DNA from: an uncultured Desulfurococcaceae archaeon
Lineage (GTDB): Archaea; Thermoproteota; Thermoprotei_A; Sulfolobales; Desulfurococcaceae
Assembly: GCA_964480805.1 (NCBI GenBank)
Contig: CAYZRH010000004.1
Location: 1,749-65,748 of the forward strand
Direction of reading: 5' to 3'
Length of the DNA: 64,000 nucleotides
How positions within the stretch are numbered: position 1 is the first letter of the stretch; each line of letters begins with the position of its first letter. Under the pieces are notes generated by a model that was not told where the DNA came from, searched no databases, and saw only the letters and a program-made list of their open reading frames with translations. Of the stretch, positions 27,812 through 38,796 are shown piece by piece. The position numbers and the translations under genes are program-made.

Positions 27812-29702
27812 GTCAGAGCATATAGTTTTCTCACTAGTAAATGCTCTCTATAAACTAGGTTATAGAATACCTATTTCACAGACTATAGACTTTATTAAAA
27901 TCCTTGAAACATACATGGTTTTGAAACATTATGCTGAACCATCATATCCGGAGATTATTGAATTAGCTGAATCAGTATTTACAACAATAAATTGGAGTCC
28001 AAAACTTAAACAAGAACTACTAGATCTTTTGGAGAGAAAACGTGTGAGGCTGGAAAGTGGTTTAAGCCAGAAAATAGTATCTAGGATTAGGTTTGGTAGA
28101 GAAGTAAATGTTAGAGAGATACTCTCTGGTAGACTGTGTAAGAGTGATATTGAGACATATATTGTTATGAGGAAACTAGGTATTATACACCGCATTAGAT
28201 CTGGTAAGTATAGAGCTGTTAAATATAATGAATATAGAAGAACTATTAAGAAACATAGAGACTATAGTATTAGTGCAAGTGACATTATTAAATACCTTGA
28301 TGAAATACCTATGGGCTATTGGAGTATGCTTCTATCTCAAGATGTTATAGATAAAGCTAGTTATAAAACGCTCTTTAAACTAGCTGAAGAACTGGTTAAA
28401 ACGGATAATGAGAGGCTTAAGAAACTGGTTCTTAACAGACTGTCACATGACATAAGCTCTACTACTAAACTTAGTTCTAGAGAGAGGAGAGTTCTTCAAA
28501 ACTTGTTAAGAACAACTAATTATAGTGATTTAAGGCTTTCTCTTAAAGCATATAGAGATGTTAGTAGGGATCTTATAGATAGGTATGGTTTAAGGGATCT
28601 TATTAAAGAAGTTAAGTCGTTAAGTATTAGTGAGAGAAGGAGAGTATTAAGTAAACTTGTAAAGTATTTAAATAAGAATGAGTTAGAGCAAGTTGTTAAT
28701 GAAGTAGATATACTATCTTTTACTAGAATACCTAGATTAGATAAGACTTTATCAACAATATATAAATTAGCGAATGCTCTTACCAGCTTTATTGATTATA
28801 AACTGACACAGAATCCTTCATTTCTAGACTATAGTCTCTATTATTTAAAGGATATTGATGCTAACACTATTCCTCTAAAATACAGGCCTTTATATGAAAG
28901 CCTTATCCATAGAGATCTTAGGACTATGGTCAATAAGCTATCTATAGTTGAACTACACAGCCTTGTAGAGTATGTTATTGGTAGAACTGTTGAGTTAAGG
29001 AATCTAGGTTATAGTGATGAAGTACTAGCTAATGCTCTAACACTTAGTATGAGAGTTCTTAGAAACATAGTTGGTAGACATGGTGGTTTCCTTGTTGAGA
29101 AGAGGAAGACTATGGTTCACCGTGGACGTGTTGAGGTTAAAGATAGTCTATACCATTTTGTTAGACATAACTATAGCCTTGTCTATACTTATAGAGTTAG
29201 AAAACCATCTATTGTAGCATTACTTGATGTTAGTGGCTCTATGAGAAACTACTCTCTATGGGCTATAACAACACTAGCTTCTATAATATATCGTGTTAGA
29301 CTAGCTATAGTGTTTTCTGATAAGTGTGAAGTTATAAGGTTTACAAAGTATCCTATAAGACTACTACATAGGTTTCTTAAAACAATATTGATGAGTAGGT
29401 TTAATGGCTATACTGATATAGACTCTGCTCTAACAGAAGCCTTGAGGTATATTAGAAGTGGTGATGTAGTTGTACTTATAAGCGATCTTAAACAGACTGT
29501 TAAGGGTGACCCCGTACAGAAGATTAAGAGGGTTGTTGATAGAGGTACTAGGTTTATAGCTATAACACCTAAGCACTATAGTGTAGATCTCGCTAATGCT
29601 ATTAGAGAACTTAGTGGAGAAGTTATAGTATCTAGTTCACCACTAGAAATACCTTATATACTTAGGAAAAAGCTAAACTTAAAAATAGGTATACGGATTT
29701 GA
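27735..29702 (+). CDS. von Willebrand factor A (VWA/MIDAS) domain protein with long helical N-terminal region
   Basis: C-terminal VWA: IVALLDVSGSMRNY (DxSxS), GYTDIDSAL, VVVLISDLKQ. Start is uncertain (GTG 27735, ATG 27756 or 27765). Every option overlaps the MoxR stop at 27811, suggesting coupling. Confidence 0.75.
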   Translation: MKQSLLRMLRMKKLLEKYSIESLRSRSEHIVFSLVNALYKLGYRIPISQTIDFIKILETYMVLKHYAEPSYPEIIELAESVFTTINWSPKLKQELLDLLERKRVRLESGLSQKIVSRIRFGREVNVREILSGRLCKSDIETYIVMRKLGIIHRIRSGKYRAVKYNEYRRTIKKHRDYSISASDIIKYLDEIPMGYWSMLLSQDVIDKASYKTLFKLAEELVKTDNERLKKLVLNRLSHDISSTTKLSSRERRVLQNLLRTTNYSDLRLSLKAYRDVSRDLIDRYGLRDLIKEVKSLSISERRRVLSKLVKYLNKNELEQVVNEVDILSFTRIPRLDKTLSTIYKLANALTSFIDYKLTQNPSFLDYSLYYLKDIDANTIPLKYRPLYESLIHRDLRTMVNKLSIVELHSLVEYVIGRTVELRNLGYSDEVLANALTLSMRVLRNIVGRHGGFLVEKRKTMVHRGRVEVKDSLYHFVRHNYSLVYTYRVRKPSIVALLDVSGSMRNYSLWAITTLASIIYRVRLAIVFSDKCEVIRFTKYPIRLLHRFLKTILMSRFNGYTDIDSALTEALRYIRSGDVVVLISDLKQTVKGDPVQKIKRVVDRGTRFIAITPKHYSVDLANAIRELSGEVIVSSSPLEIPYILRKKLNLKIGIRI

Positions 29703-29750
29703 GAATAAAGGCGTAGATGTAGAGGATAGAGTGATAGGTGTTAGTAGGCT

Positions 29751-30185
29751 ATGGCTTCAATACCAATAGAGATACCGCCTGAATGGAGGAAGTTTAGGTA
29801 TAGAGGTAAGTCTCTAGAAGAACTACTTGAAATGCCTATGGATGAGCTAATAAACCTACTACCAGCACGTCAGAGGAGGAGTCTTAAGAGAGGACTTACT
29901 GAAGCACAGGTTAAGCTACTAGCTAAGATTAGGAAAGCTAGACAGCTTATGGCACAGGGTAAGAGAGCTTTTATAAAAACACATGTACGTGACATGATAA
30001 TACTTCCAGAAATGGTTGGATTAACAATAGCTGTATATAATGGTAAAGAGTTTATACCAGTACGTATAACACCAGAAATGATTGGGCACTACCTTGGAGA
30101 ATTTAGTCCAACGTGTAAACGTGTACAACATGGTGAGCCAGGGCTTAAGGCTACACGTAGTAGTATGTTTGTATCACTAAAGTAG
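29751..30185 (+). CDS. rps19: 30S ribosomal protein S19
   Basis: 144 aa. [19 protein letters not shown]...[29 protein letters not shown]. Confidence 0.95.
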   Translation: MASIPIEIPPEWRKFRYRGKSLEELLEMPMDELINLLPARQRRSLKRGLTEAQVKLLAKIRKARQLMAQGKRAFIKTHVRDMIILPEMVGLTIAVYNGKEFIPVRITPEMIGHYLGEFSPTCKRVQHGEPGLKATRSSMFVSLK

Positions 30186-30197
30186 AGGCGGTATGGT

Positions 30198-30668
30198 ATG
30201 CCAGTATGGCATTATAGTTATAAGGTTAGAGATGAGGCTAAGATAGCTAAAGCTGTTATACGTGATGTTGATACATCACTTAAAGATATGCGTGAAATAG
30301 TTAATGCGGTAAAGGGTATGAAGCTTGATGATGCTATAGAGTATGTTAAGAGAGTTATAGAGTTAAAGGAGCCAGTGCCGTTTCGTAGGTATAAGGGTAA
30401 GGTTTCACACAAACGTGGACTAGCTAGTAAGTGGAAATGGCCTATAGGTAGATACCCTGTTAAAGCAGCTAAATACCTACTCCAACTACTAGAGAATGTA
30501 AAGAATAATGCTGAAAACAAGGGTCTTGATACAGCTAAACTAGTTATAGAACACATTGCTGCTCATAAAGGGCTAACGCTTAAGCGCTGGATGCCGCGTG
30601 CGTTTGGCAGGTCTACTCAGAAGTTTGACCGTAGATGTAGTGTTGAAGTAATTGTACGTGAGGTGTAG
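30198..30668 (+). CDS. rpl22: 50S ribosomal protein L22
   Basis: 156 aa. AKAVIRDVDTSLKDMREIVNAVKGMKLDDA...FRRYKGKVSHKRG. Confidence 0.9.
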   Translation: MPVWHYSYKVRDEAKIAKAVIRDVDTSLKDMREIVNAVKGMKLDDAIEYVKRVIELKEPVPFRRYKGKVSHKRGLASKWKWPIGRYPVKAAKYLLQLLENVKNNAENKGLDTAKLVIEHIAAHKGLTLKRWMPRAFGRSTQKFDRRCSVEVIVREV

Positions 30669-30672
30669 GCTT

Positions 30673-31314
30673 ATGCCTGGTCCACGTATTAAGAAGTATT
30701 TTCTTGAATACTCTATGCTTCGCTCAATGGTTGACGAGTTTCTAGCTAGATACTTCTATCATGCAGGCTATGCTGGTGTAGACTTGTATAAGACGCCTAC
30801 TGGTTTCCGTATAGTCATATATGCTGAGTATCCAGGTAGGATTATTGGCCGTGGAGGATCGGTTATTAAGAAGTTGTCTACTGTTTTACAGAAGCGTTTT
30901 AATCTAGAGAACCCTAATATAACTGTGTCACCAGTCCAAAACCCAGACCTTAATGCACGTATAGTAGCTTTCCGTATAGTACGTGCTCTTGAGAAAGAGA
31001 TACCTTATAGACGTATAGCACTTGCTATGCTGCGGCGTATAATGGCTGCTGGAGCTGTTGGTGCAGAGATTGTTATTAGTGGTAAGTTGAGGCTTGAGAG
31101 AGCTCGTTATGAGAAACTGCGTTCTGGAAAGATCTATAAAGCTGGTGAACATGTAGAGTACATTGTTGATCGTGCTGTAGCACAAGCATTGTTGAAGAGA
31201 GGAGTTTATGGTGTAGAAGTTATTATTGTTAAACCGGGTATACCTCCATCAGATCATGTTGCTTTAAAAGAGCTTCCACTAGAGGAGATCGAGAAACTCA
31301 AACCTATTGAATAG
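30673..31314 (+). CDS. rps3: 30S ribosomal protein S3
   Basis: ATG 30673 (MPGPRIKKYF) lies after the L22 stop and an AGGTG element. KH-domain GRIIGRGGSVIKKL. Confidence 0.9.
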   Translation: MPGPRIKKYFLEYSMLRSMVDEFLARYFYHAGYAGVDLYKTPTGFRIVIYAEYPGRIIGRGGSVIKKLSTVLQKRFNLENPNITVSPVQNPDLNARIVAFRIVRALEKEIPYRRIALAMLRRIMAAGAVGAEIVISGKLRLERARYEKLRSGKIYKAGEHVEYIVDRAVAQALLKRGVYGVEVIIVKPGIPPSDHVALKELPLEEIEKLKPIE

Positions 31315-31325
31315 AGGTGTCTCCT

Positions 31326-31529
31326 ATGAAACCTGATGAGATACGTAGGATGTCTCAAGAGGATAGGATCCGTAGACTTAATGAGCTTAGAGTAGAGCTT
31401 ATAAAACTACGTATGCAAGCACGTGTTGGTACTTTAACAAATACTGCTAGGATAAGGAATATACGCCGTGATATAGCCAAGATCCTGACTATTATGAGAG
31501 AAGAGGAGTTGAAGAAGAGTAGTGAGTAG
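31326..31529 (+). CDS. rpl29: 50S ribosomal protein L29
   Basis: MKPDEIRRMSQEDRIRRLNELRVELIKLRMQ. ATG 31326 is preceded by GAGGTG (ORF-track GTG 31317 is the alternative). Confidence 0.9.
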   Translation: MKPDEIRRMSQEDRIRRLNELRVELIKLRMQARVGTLTNTARIRNIRRDIAKILTIMREEELKKSSE

Positions 31530-31539
31530 TTTTTAGAAA

Positions 31540-31821
31540 ATGAGGCATACACGTAAGAACATATTCTACCATGAAATAATTGGTTTAAAAGTAAGGATTA
31601 TAGAGCATTCTGACCCATCTCTAGTTGGTGTAGTTGGTAGAATAGTTGATGAAACTCAGAAGACAATTGTTATAGAGACACTTAGTGGGAAGAGGAAAAG
31701 AGTTTTAAAGGAACATGGAGTTTATGAAATAAGGCTTCCACATAGAGAAGAAAAAGTAATAATTAGGGGATTCGAGATTTTAGGAAGACCAGAGGATAGG
31801 TTGAAAAACATACTAAAGTGA
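31540..31821 (+). CDS. rnp1: RNase P protein component 1 (Rpp29/Pop4)
   Basis: 93 aa. EIIGLKVRIIEHSDPSLVGVVGRIVDETQKTIVIET. In the conserved position between L29 and S17. Confidence 0.85.
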   Translation: MRHTRKNIFYHEIIGLKVRIIEHSDPSLVGVVGRIVDETQKTIVIETLSGKRKRVLKEHGVYEIRLPHREEKVIIRGFEILGRPEDRLKNILK

Positions 31822-31834
31822 GAGGCTGGAAGAG

Positions 31835-32191
31835 ATGGCTATAAGGAATGTAGGTATACCGGGTGTTGAACCACCTAAGACTATGTGTAATGACCCTAAA
31901 TGTCCATGGCATGGTTGCCTCAAAGTACGTGGTATTGTGCTTACAGGTGTTGTTGTTAGTTCTAAGATGAAGAATACTGTTGTTGTACGCCATGACTACC
32001 TATACTTTGTCAAGAAGTATAAGAGGTATGAGAAGAGACATACTAAGATACATGCACACAATCCTCCATGCATTAATGCTAAAGAAGGAGACGTAGTAGT
32101 TGTTGGTGAGACAAGGCCTTTATCTAAAACTGTGCATTTTGTAGTACTTGGTGTAGTGGGTAAGGCTAGTGAGGTGAAGAGACGTGGTTAA
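31835..32191 (+). CDS. rps17: 30S ribosomal protein S17
   Basis: 118 aa. [34 protein letters not shown]. Confidence 0.9.
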   Translation: MAIRNVGIPGVEPPKTMCNDPKCPWHGCLKVRGIVLTGVVVSSKMKNTVVVRHDYLYFVKKYKRYEKRHTKIHAHNPPCINAKEGDVVVVGETRPLSKTVHFVVLGVVGKASEVKRRG

Positions 32192-32609
32192 GAAAGCTAA
32201 AGCTGGAAAACCAGCTATATCACGTAGGAGGATTAATACTGGACTACAAGTTGGTTCTTATGTAAGAGTAGCTGATAATAGTGGTGCTAAAGAGGTACTA
32301 ATAATAGGTGTACCAGGTTATAAGGGGAGGCTTAGAAGAATACCTCCAGCTAGTGTAGGGGATCTAGTGGTTGTCTCTGTTAAGAAGGGTATACCTGAAC
32401 TACGTAAACAGATTCTTAAAGCAATAATTGTCCGCCAGAGAAGACCCTACCGTAGACCAGATGGTACATGGATTGCTTTTGAAGACAATGCTGTAGTTAT
32501 TGTAACACCAGAAGGTAATCCTAAAGGTAGCGAGATCCGTGGACCTATAGCACGTGAAGCTGCTGAAAGATGGCCTCAAATAGCTAATATAGCAACGATC
32601 ATTGTCTAG
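32184..32609 (+). CDS. rpl14: 50S ribosomal protein L14
   Basis: 141 aa. [26 protein letters not shown] start overlaps the S17 stop. Confidence 0.9.
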   Translation: MVKKAKAGKPAISRRRINTGLQVGSYVRVADNSGAKEVLIIGVPGYKGRLRRIPPASVGDLVVVSVKKGIPELRKQILKAIIVRQRRPYRRPDGTWIAFEDNAVVIVTPEGNPKGSEIRGPIAREAAERWPQIANIATIIV

Positions 32610-32623
32610 GGGGTGCTGCTTAG

Positions 32624-33055
32624 ATGGCTTTAACAAGTTCTCATAAACCAAGTAAGCAGAGGAAAGCATTCTTTAACGCGCCGCTCCATATTAGACAGAA
32701 GTTTGTGTCAGCACCACTATCCAGGGATCTTAGGGAGAAGCATGGTATAAGGAGGTTGCCTGTACATAAAGGTGATGTAGTACGTATTATGCGTGGAGAC
32801 TGGGCTGGCCATGAGGGTAAGGTTGTAGAAGTTGATTTAAAGAGAGTTAGATTGTTTATTGAAGGTGTTCAGAAGAAGAGAGCTGATGGAACACCTGTCT
32901 ACTACCCAATACATCCATCTAAAGTTATGATTGTTAAACTAGACCTCAGCGATCCATGGAGGAGAAGGGTTATTGAGAGGAAACAGAAGGCTAAAAAAGA
33001 GGCTTTAGTTGAAGAGGAAAAGGAGTTGGAGAAGGAGGGGGTAGAAAGTGGGTAG
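32624..33055 (+). CDS. rpl24: 50S ribosomal protein L24
   Basis: 143 aa. [23 protein letters not shown]...[25 protein letters not shown] (KOW motif). Confidence 0.9.
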   Translation: MALTSSHKPSKQRKAFFNAPLHIRQKFVSAPLSRDLREKHGIRRLPVHKGDVVRIMRGDWAGHEGKVVEVDLKRVRLFIEGVQKKRADGTPVYYPIHPSKVMIVKLDLSDPWRRRVIERKQKAKKEALVEEEKELEKEGVESG

Positions 33056-33809
33056 AATGGGTGGTAGGAGGCATTTAAAAGCACTAGCTGCTCCAAGGTT
33101 TTGGCCTATACTTAGGAAGGAGTATACATGGACTGTAAAGCCTTCTCCAGGCCCACACCCTATTAATAGATGTATACCGTTGCTCATAATTGTTAGAGAC
33201 ATTCTAGGCTATGCTAAGACTTCACGTGAAGCACGTAAGGTTATTGCTGAAGGACATATAAGGGTTGATGGAAGGATTAGGAGGAACTATAAGTATCCAG
33301 TTGGTTTAATGGATGTTTTAGAGATTATTGATACTGGTGAAGCTTACCGTATGATACCTGTGCCAACAAAGGTTATGACGTTGCATCCAATACCTAGAGA
33401 TGAGGCTTCATTTAAACTATGCCGTATAGAGGGTAAGACTACTGTTAAAGGTGGTCATATACAGTTAAACCTACATGATGGACGTAACCACTTGATCCGT
33501 GTAGCCGATCCCGCAAACCCTGTTGAAGATAGGTATAGTACACTTGGAACACTAAAGCTTGCTATACCTAAACAAGAGATACTAGACTATATACCATTGA
33601 AAGAAGGTGTTTTAGCAGTAATCATTGGCGGTAGAAACGTTGGACGCGTTGGACGTGTACTAGAGATTAGGAAGGGTATACGTAGATTCCGTAGTATAGT
33701 CACACTAGAAGATATTAATGGTAATAAGTTTCAGACTAGTCTAGACTATATACTACCTATAGGTTTTGATAAACCAGTTATTAGCCTACCAGAAGGTGCG
33801 TGGCAATGA
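33048..33809 (+). CDS. rps4e: 30S ribosomal protein S4e
   Basis: 253 aa. [33 protein letters not shown]. Confidence 0.9.
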   Translation: MGRMGGRRHLKALAAPRFWPILRKEYTWTVKPSPGPHPINRCIPLLIIVRDILGYAKTSREARKVIAEGHIRVDGRIRRNYKYPVGLMDVLEIIDTGEAYRMIPVPTKVMTLHPIPRDEASFKLCRIEGKTTVKGGHIQLNLHDGRNHLIRVADPANPVEDRYSTLGTLKLAIPKQEILDYIPLKEGVLAVIIGGRNVGRVGRVLEIRKGIRRFRSIVTLEDINGNKFQTSLDYILPIGFDKPVISLPEGAWQ

Positions 33810-34369
33810 CTATAACTGACTATGTAGCCAATATCGATGAGATAGTTGAGAAGTGGAGTAAACAGCCTATGCTTCGTCCAAGAATAGCTAAGGTTACTGT
33901 AAACATATGTGTTGGAGCAGCTACTGAAAGACTTGGAAAAGCTATAAGGGTTCTTGAGGAAATCACCGGTCAAAAACCTGTACCTAGAAGAGCTAGGAGG
34001 ACTATAAAGGACTTTGGTATACGTAAGGGTGAGAACATAGCAGCTATAGTGACGCTACGTAGAGAGAAGGCTGTAGAGTTTCTTAAGAAAGCGTTTGAAG
34101 CTATAGGCTATCGTCTTAGAGCATCTAGTTTTGATGATTATGGTAATGTATCATTTGGTATAAGAGAACATATAACCATACCCGGTGTAAAATATGATCC
34201 TGAGATAGGCTTGTTTGGAATGGATATAGCAATAACTTTTGAAAGACCCGGCTTTCGTGTACTTCGTAGGAAGAGGTGTAGGAGGAAGAGTATTCCACGT
34301 AGACACCGTGTTTCACGTGAAGAAGCAATGGTTTACTTATATAAAGAATTTGGGGTTGATATAGTCTAG
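33806..34369 (+). CDS. rpl5: 50S ribosomal protein L5
   Basis: ATG 33806 overlaps the S4e TGA (ATGA); GTG 33800 is the alternative. PRIAKVTVNICVG...FGIREHITIPGVKYDPEIGLFGMD. Confidence 0.9.
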   Translation: MTITDYVANIDEIVEKWSKQPMLRPRIAKVTVNICVGAATERLGKAIRVLEEITGQKPVPRRARRTIKDFGIRKGENIAAIVTLRREKAVEFLKKAFEAIGYRLRASSFDDYGNVSFGIREHITIPGVKYDPEIGLFGMDIAITFERPGFRVLRRKRCRRKSIPRRHRVSREEAMVYLYKEFGVDIV

Positions 34370-34384
34370 AGGGGTTGACGTGGT

Positions 34385-34549
34385 ATGGGTAAGTATAGGC
34401 CTCCAAAGAAACATAGGTTTGGCAAGGGTTCAAGGAAGTGCCGTAGATGTGGTTCACGTGATGCTGTTATACAGAAGTATGGTCTATATCTTTGCCGCCA
34501 GTGTTTCCGTGAACTAGCATCTAGTCTTGGTTTTAAGAAGTATAACTAA
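34385..34549 (+). CDS. rps14: 30S ribosomal protein S14 (zinc-binding type), unlisted small ORF
   Basis: Manual translation: [54 protein letters not shown] (54 aa). CxxC...CxxC. In the expected slot between L5 and S8. Confidence 0.9.
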   Translation: MGKYRPPKKHRFGKGSRKCRRCGSRDAVIQKYGLYLCRQCFRELASSLGFKKYN

Positions 34550-34609
34550 TATAAACTAGTATTACGTATCCAGTAAGCTAGGTTTAAGAGTATAGATAGA
34601 TAAGGGTGC

Positions 34610-35017
34610 ATGGGTATGGTAATGCTTGATACACTAGCTAATGCGTTAGCAACTATATGGAATGCTGAAATGAGAGCTAAACAAGAGGCTTTGATATGGC
34701 CAGCCTCAAAACTAATCATTAACGTACTACGTGTTATGCAGCGTGAAGGATATGTCGGTGAGTTTGAGTACATTGATGATGGTCGTTGGGGTAAGATTAA
34801 GGTACAGCTACTTGGAAGGATCAATAAATGTGGTGTTATAAAGCCTCGTCTACCAGTTAAATACCGTGATCTAGAGCGTATGCCCCACTGGCTCCGTAAA
34901 TACCTTCCATCTAGAGACATTGGTTTACTAATAATATCTACTTCAAGAGGTATAATGTCTCACCGTGAAGCTATTGAGAAAAGTGTTGGAGGTATACTAC
35001 TAGCTTATGTATACTAG
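34610..35017 (+). CDS. rps8: 30S ribosomal protein S8
   Basis: [16 protein letters not shown]... Start could be ATG 34610, 34616 or 34622. Confidence 0.9.
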   Translation: MGMVMLDTLANALATIWNAEMRAKQEALIWPASKLIINVLRVMQREGYVGEFEYIDDGRWGKIKVQLLGRINKCGVIKPRLPVKYRDLERMPHWLRKYLPSRDIGLLIISTSRGIMSHREAIEKSVGGILLAYVY

Positions 35018-35029
35018 AGGTGTACTGGT

Positions 35030-35587
35030 ATGGCTAGAGCTGTACATGTTTTTAAAGAAGTTGTTGTTCCAAAAGGTGTTGATGTCGAGATCAACGGGTT
35101 GTTTGTTAGAGTTAGTGGTCCAAAGGGTGTTTTAGAGAGAGACTTCAGCCATGCCCGTGGCGTTTTATTGAAGAAAGAGGATTCTAGAGTAGTTGTTGAA
35201 ACATACTTTGCCCGTAGGAGAGAGAAGGCTCTTGTTGGTACAATAGCTGCTCATATAAAGAACATGATCCATGGTGTTACTAAGGGTTATAGATACAAGC
35301 TTAAAATAGTTTATTCACACTTCCCAGTGTCAGTTGTTGTTGATGAGAAGGAGCGTATTATACGTATAAAGAACTTTCTTGGAGAAAAGGCTGACCGTAT
35401 AGCAAGGATTATTGGTGATGATGTTAAAGTAAGGGTTGAAGGAGACGACGTTATTGTAGAGGGTATTGACAAGGAACATGTTGGACAAACAGCTGCTAAT
35501 ATAGAACTTGCTACAAAGGTTAAGGATAAGGATAGACGTGTTTTTGGTGATGGAATATACATCTATGATTGGGGTGAAGAGGAGTGA
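35030..35587 (+). CDS. rpl6: 50S ribosomal protein L6
   Basis: 185 aa. VPKGVDVEINGLFVRVSGPKGVLERDF. Confidence 0.9.
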   Translation: MARAVHVFKEVVVPKGVDVEINGLFVRVSGPKGVLERDFSHARGVLLKKEDSRVVVETYFARRREKALVGTIAAHIKNMIHGVTKGYRYKLKIVYSHFPVSVVVDEKERIIRIKNFLGEKADRIARIIGDDVKVRVEGDDVIVEGIDKEHVGQTAANIELATKVKDKDRRVFGDGIYIYDWGEEE

Positions 35588-35979
35588 GTAGACTAGAGAT
35601 TGAGAAGCTACTAGAGTTACGTAGAAAGATTAAGTCAAGGAAGCCGGAATTCTATCGACACCTGTGGTGGAAAAAACCCAAGTTTTCCAAAGATCCTAAG
35701 TGGAGAAAGCCTAAGGGTATTGATAATAAGATGAGGCTTAAACTAAAGGGTTATCCAGCAATTGTACAGGTTGGTTATCGTGGACCAGCTATTATACGTG
35801 GTCTCCACCCAGCTGGTTTAGAACCAGTTGTAGTGTACTGTGTTAATGATTTAGAAAACCTTGATCCAAGTAGACACATAGTCTATATAGCTGGTTCTGT
35901 TGGTCTTAAAAAACGTGTTTTACTAGAGGAGGAAGCTACTAAACGCGGTTTTAAAATAGCTAATCCCTTAAAGAGGTGA
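35584..35979 (+). CDS. rpl32e: 50S ribosomal protein L32e
   Basis: 131 aa. RKPEFYRHLWWKKPKFSKDPKWRKPKGIDNKMR. Confidence 0.9.
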   Translation: MSRLEIEKLLELRRKIKSRKPEFYRHLWWKKPKFSKDPKWRKPKGIDNKMRLKLKGYPAIVQVGYRGPAIIRGLHPAGLEPVVVYCVNDLENLDPSRHIVYIAGSVGLKKRVLLEEEATKRGFKIANPLKR

Positions 35980-35986
35980 AGAGATA

Positions 35987-36445
35987 GTGTCTGATCTATC
36001 GCTTCAGAAAAGGCTTGCAGCAGAAATACTTGGTGTTGGAGAGTCACGTATATGGATTGATCCAGAAGCTATAGATACAGTAGTTGATGCTATAACACGT
36101 GAGGAGATTAGAAGGCTTATACATGATGGTGTTATAAAGGTTAAACCAGTTCATGGAAACTCTAGAGCTAGGTGGAGGATAAGGCATGAACAGAGGAAGA
36201 AGGGTAGGAGACGCGGCCATGGTAAGAGGAAGGGTTATAAGTCAGCTAGACTCGATCCTAAGAGAGATTGGATGAACCGTATAAGGAAGATGAGGAGGTT
36301 TCTAAGATATCTTAGAGACCACAACATTATTGATAGAAGAACATATAGGAGGCTATATAGGTTAGCTAAAGGAGGTATGTTTAAGAACTTATCAAGTCTA
36401 AAACACTACCTTAAAGAACACGGTATAGTTGAGGAGATAAGGTGA
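35987..36445 (+). CDS. rpl19e: 50S ribosomal protein L19e
   Basis: 152 aa. [22 protein letters not shown]. Confidence 0.9.
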   Translation: MSDLSLQKRLAAEILGVGESRIWIDPEAIDTVVDAITREEIRRLIHDGVIKVKPVHGNSRARWRIRHEQRKKGRRRGHGKRKGYKSARLDPKRDWMNRIRKMRRFLRYLRDHNIIDRRTYRRLYRLAKGGMFKNLSSLKHYLKEHGIVEEIR

Positions 36446-36453
36446 TAAACAGG

Positions 36454-37071
36454 ATGGCTAGAGGGCCTAAATACAAGGTTTCGAGAAGGAGGCGTAGAGA
36501 GGGTAAGACAAACTATTATAAGAGGTATAGGATGATACTATCTGGTCATCCAAGATTCGTTGTTAGAAAGACACTGAAGCATGTAATAGTACAAGTTGTT
36601 AAAGCAGAGCCCCAGGGAGATGTAACAGTGGCTGCAGCACATAGTAGAGAGCTCTATAAGAAATATGGGTGGATGGGTGGACTAGGTAATACACCAGCAT
36701 CTTATCTAACAGGTTTATTAGCAGCACTAAGAGCTCGTAGGAAAGGCATAGAGTATGCAGTACCAGACATAGGTTTACATACACCAACACCTGGTTCTAA
36801 AGTATTTGCAGCTATAAAAGCAGCTAATGATGCTGGTTTAAAAGTTCCTATGTCAGAAGAGGTAGCTCCTTCTCTTGAGAGAATACATGGTGAACACATA
36901 GCTGGTTGGGCTGAAAAACTTAAGAACGAGGATCCTGAAAGGTTTGAGAAAATGTTTTCTCAATACCTTTCACGTGGTTTTGACCCAGTTAATCTCCCAT
37001 CTCATTTCGAGGAGGTTAAGAATAAGATTCTTTCTAAATTCCATGAACTAGTTAAGGAGGGTGAAGAGTAA
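36454..37071 (+). CDS. rpl18: 50S ribosomal protein L18
   Basis: [30 protein letters not shown] 36454 preferred over GTG 36442. Confidence 0.9.
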   Translation: MARGPKYKVSRRRRREGKTNYYKRYRMILSGHPRFVVRKTLKHVIVQVVKAEPQGDVTVAAAHSRELYKKYGWMGGLGNTPASYLTGLLAALRARRKGIEYAVPDIGLHTPTPGSKVFAAIKAANDAGLKVPMSEEVAPSLERIHGEHIAGWAEKLKNEDPERFEKMFSQYLSRGFDPVNLPSHFEEVKNKILSKFHELVKEGEE

Positions 37072-37712
37072 TGGCTATGAGTGCTGTTGACCGTGCTGCT
37101 CTTGAAGAATGGGTTCCACGTACACGTGTTGGTAGACTTGTTAAAGAGGGTAAGATTACTAGTCTTAAAGAAGTATTTGATAAGAATCTGCCTCTACTTG
37201 AACCAGAGATTATAGACTATCTTCTCCCAGAGTTAAAGTATGAGAGACTCGATGTTAGTCTTGTCCAGAAGGTTACTGATGCTGGCCGTGTATCACGTTT
37301 CCGTGTAGTAGTTGTTGTTGGTAATGGAGACGGTTTTGTAGGTGTTGGTTCTGGTAAGGCTCGCCAATACCTTGTTGCTGTCCAGAAAGCTATACGTAAT
37401 GCTAAGCTAAACATTATACCAGTTAGACGTGGATGTGGTAGTTGGGAGTGTGGCTGTGGTGAACCACATAGTGTCCCATTTACTATACGTGGTAAGACTG
37501 GTAGTGTAGTAGTTATACTTAAGCCTGCACCTAAGGGTACAGGTCTTGTAGCTGGTGATGTTGCTAAGAAAGTACTGTCTATGGCTGGTATAAAGGATGT
37601 GTGGACACAAGCTTTTGGAGAAACACGTACAACCTATAACTTTGCTATGGCCGTACTAGATGCTTTAAGGAATACATACAAGTTTGTTGCTCCACACGAC
37701 TGGGCTAAGTAG
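37071..37712 (+). CDS. rps5: 30S ribosomal protein S5
   Basis: 213 aa. ATG overlaps the L18 stop (TAATG). [22 protein letters not shown]. Confidence 0.9.
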   Translation: MAMSAVDRAALEEWVPRTRVGRLVKEGKITSLKEVFDKNLPLLEPEIIDYLLPELKYERLDVSLVQKVTDAGRVSRFRVVVVVGNGDGFVGVGSGKARQYLVAVQKAIRNAKLNIIPVRRGCGSWECGCGEPHSVPFTIRGKTGSVVVILKPAPKGTGLVAGDVAKKVLSMAGIKDVWTQAFGETRTTYNFAMAVLDALRNTYKFVAPHDWAK

Positions 37713-37714
37713 GG

Positions 37715-38203
37715 GTGGATAAGGCAATGCCTTTATACGCCATAGTAAGGATTAGAGGCAGAGTTGATGTACCGCCTGATGTAGAGTATACTTTAAAGCT
37801 TCTAAGACTACATAAGAAGTTTCATGCAACAATATATCCTTCAAACCTCCCTGGACTAAAGGGTATGTTACAGAAAGCTAAAGACTGGATTACATGGGGT
37901 GAAGTTGATAGAGAGACACTTATAGAGTTGTTGAAGAGGAGGGGGAGGGTTATTGGAGACAAGCCTCTTACAGACGAGTATGTTGAGAAAGTACTGAGGA
38001 TACCTGGTGGTATAGGGGGGTTGGCTGAAGCACTTCTCCAGGGAAAGACTATGTACCATAAACTAAGTAGTGTTAAACCAATATTCCGTCTCCACCCACC
38101 ACGTGGTGGCTTCAAGTATAGTACTAAGAGACCATATAATGACCATGGAGAACTTGGGTATAGGGGTAAGGCTATAAATGAGCTTATAAAGAAGATGCTT
38201 TAA
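37715..38203 (+). CDS. rpl30: 50S ribosomal protein L30
   Basis: [31 protein letters not shown]. Start is GTG 37715 or ATG 37727. Confidence 0.9.
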   Translation: MDKAMPLYAIVRIRGRVDVPPDVEYTLKLLRLHKKFHATIYPSNLPGLKGMLQKAKDWITWGEVDRETLIELLKRRGRVIGDKPLTDEYVEKVLRIPGGIGGLAEALLQGKTMYHKLSSVKPIFRLHPPRGGFKYSTKRPYNDHGELGYRGKAINELIKKML

Positions 38204-38214
38204 AGGTGGTGTCT

Positions 38215-38673
38215 ATGGTTGTCCGTAGAAGAAAGAAGAGCCGCAAACTACGTGGTCGTACAAGGACTATGGGTTGGGGACGTATAGGGCAGCACCGCAA
38301 ATCTGGTAGCCGTGGTGGTTTTGGCTTAGTGGGTTTCCATAAACATAGGTGGACGTGGACTGTAAAGTATGCTCCAAACTGGTTTGGTAAACACGGTTTT
38401 ACACAACCACCATCTATTGTAGCTGAGGTTAGAGGTATTAATGTTGGTGAACTTAATGAGATTGCCCATGAAATGATTGATAAGGGAGTAGCTGTTAAAG
38501 AGGATGGCAGGATCGTTGTTAATGTAGCTAGTCTAGGCTATAATAAAGTTCTTGGGAAAGGAAGGGTTGACCTACCTTTAAAAGTGTATACAGTATCTAT
38601 AACAGAGAGTGCTAGGAAGAAGATTGAGGAAGCTGGTGGTGAAGTAGTAGTTATTGGTGGAGAGGAAGAGTAG
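38215..38673 (+). CDS. rpl15: 50S ribosomal protein L15
   Basis: [38 protein letters not shown] 38215 preferred over GTG 38206. Confidence 0.9.
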   Translation: MVVRRRKKSRKLRGRTRTMGWGRIGQHRKSGSRGGFGLVGFHKHRWTWTVKYAPNWFGKHGFTQPPSIVAEVRGINVGELNEIAHEMIDKGVAVKEDGRIVVNVASLGYNKVLGKGRVDLPLKVYTVSITESARKKIEEAGGEVVVIGGEEE

Positions 38674-38796
38674 TTTTATAATAACCTGGTTAACTAAACA
38701 CATAGTTATTTATTTAGGTAAGAAATATATTAACTAGAAAACGTATCCTATGGATAGTAGCTGGTTAGACAACAGTATTACTTGGTGGGGTAGTCA

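Noticed and set aside
23433-38115. Numerous 60-125-aa ORFs antisense to, or out of frame with, ribosomal protein genes (e.g. 23433-23720, 25342-25644, 30218-30556, 34546-34920, 37822-38115).
   Set aside because: Each is fully embedded in a ribosomal protein gene identified by sequence and conserved order. They are shadow ORFs.
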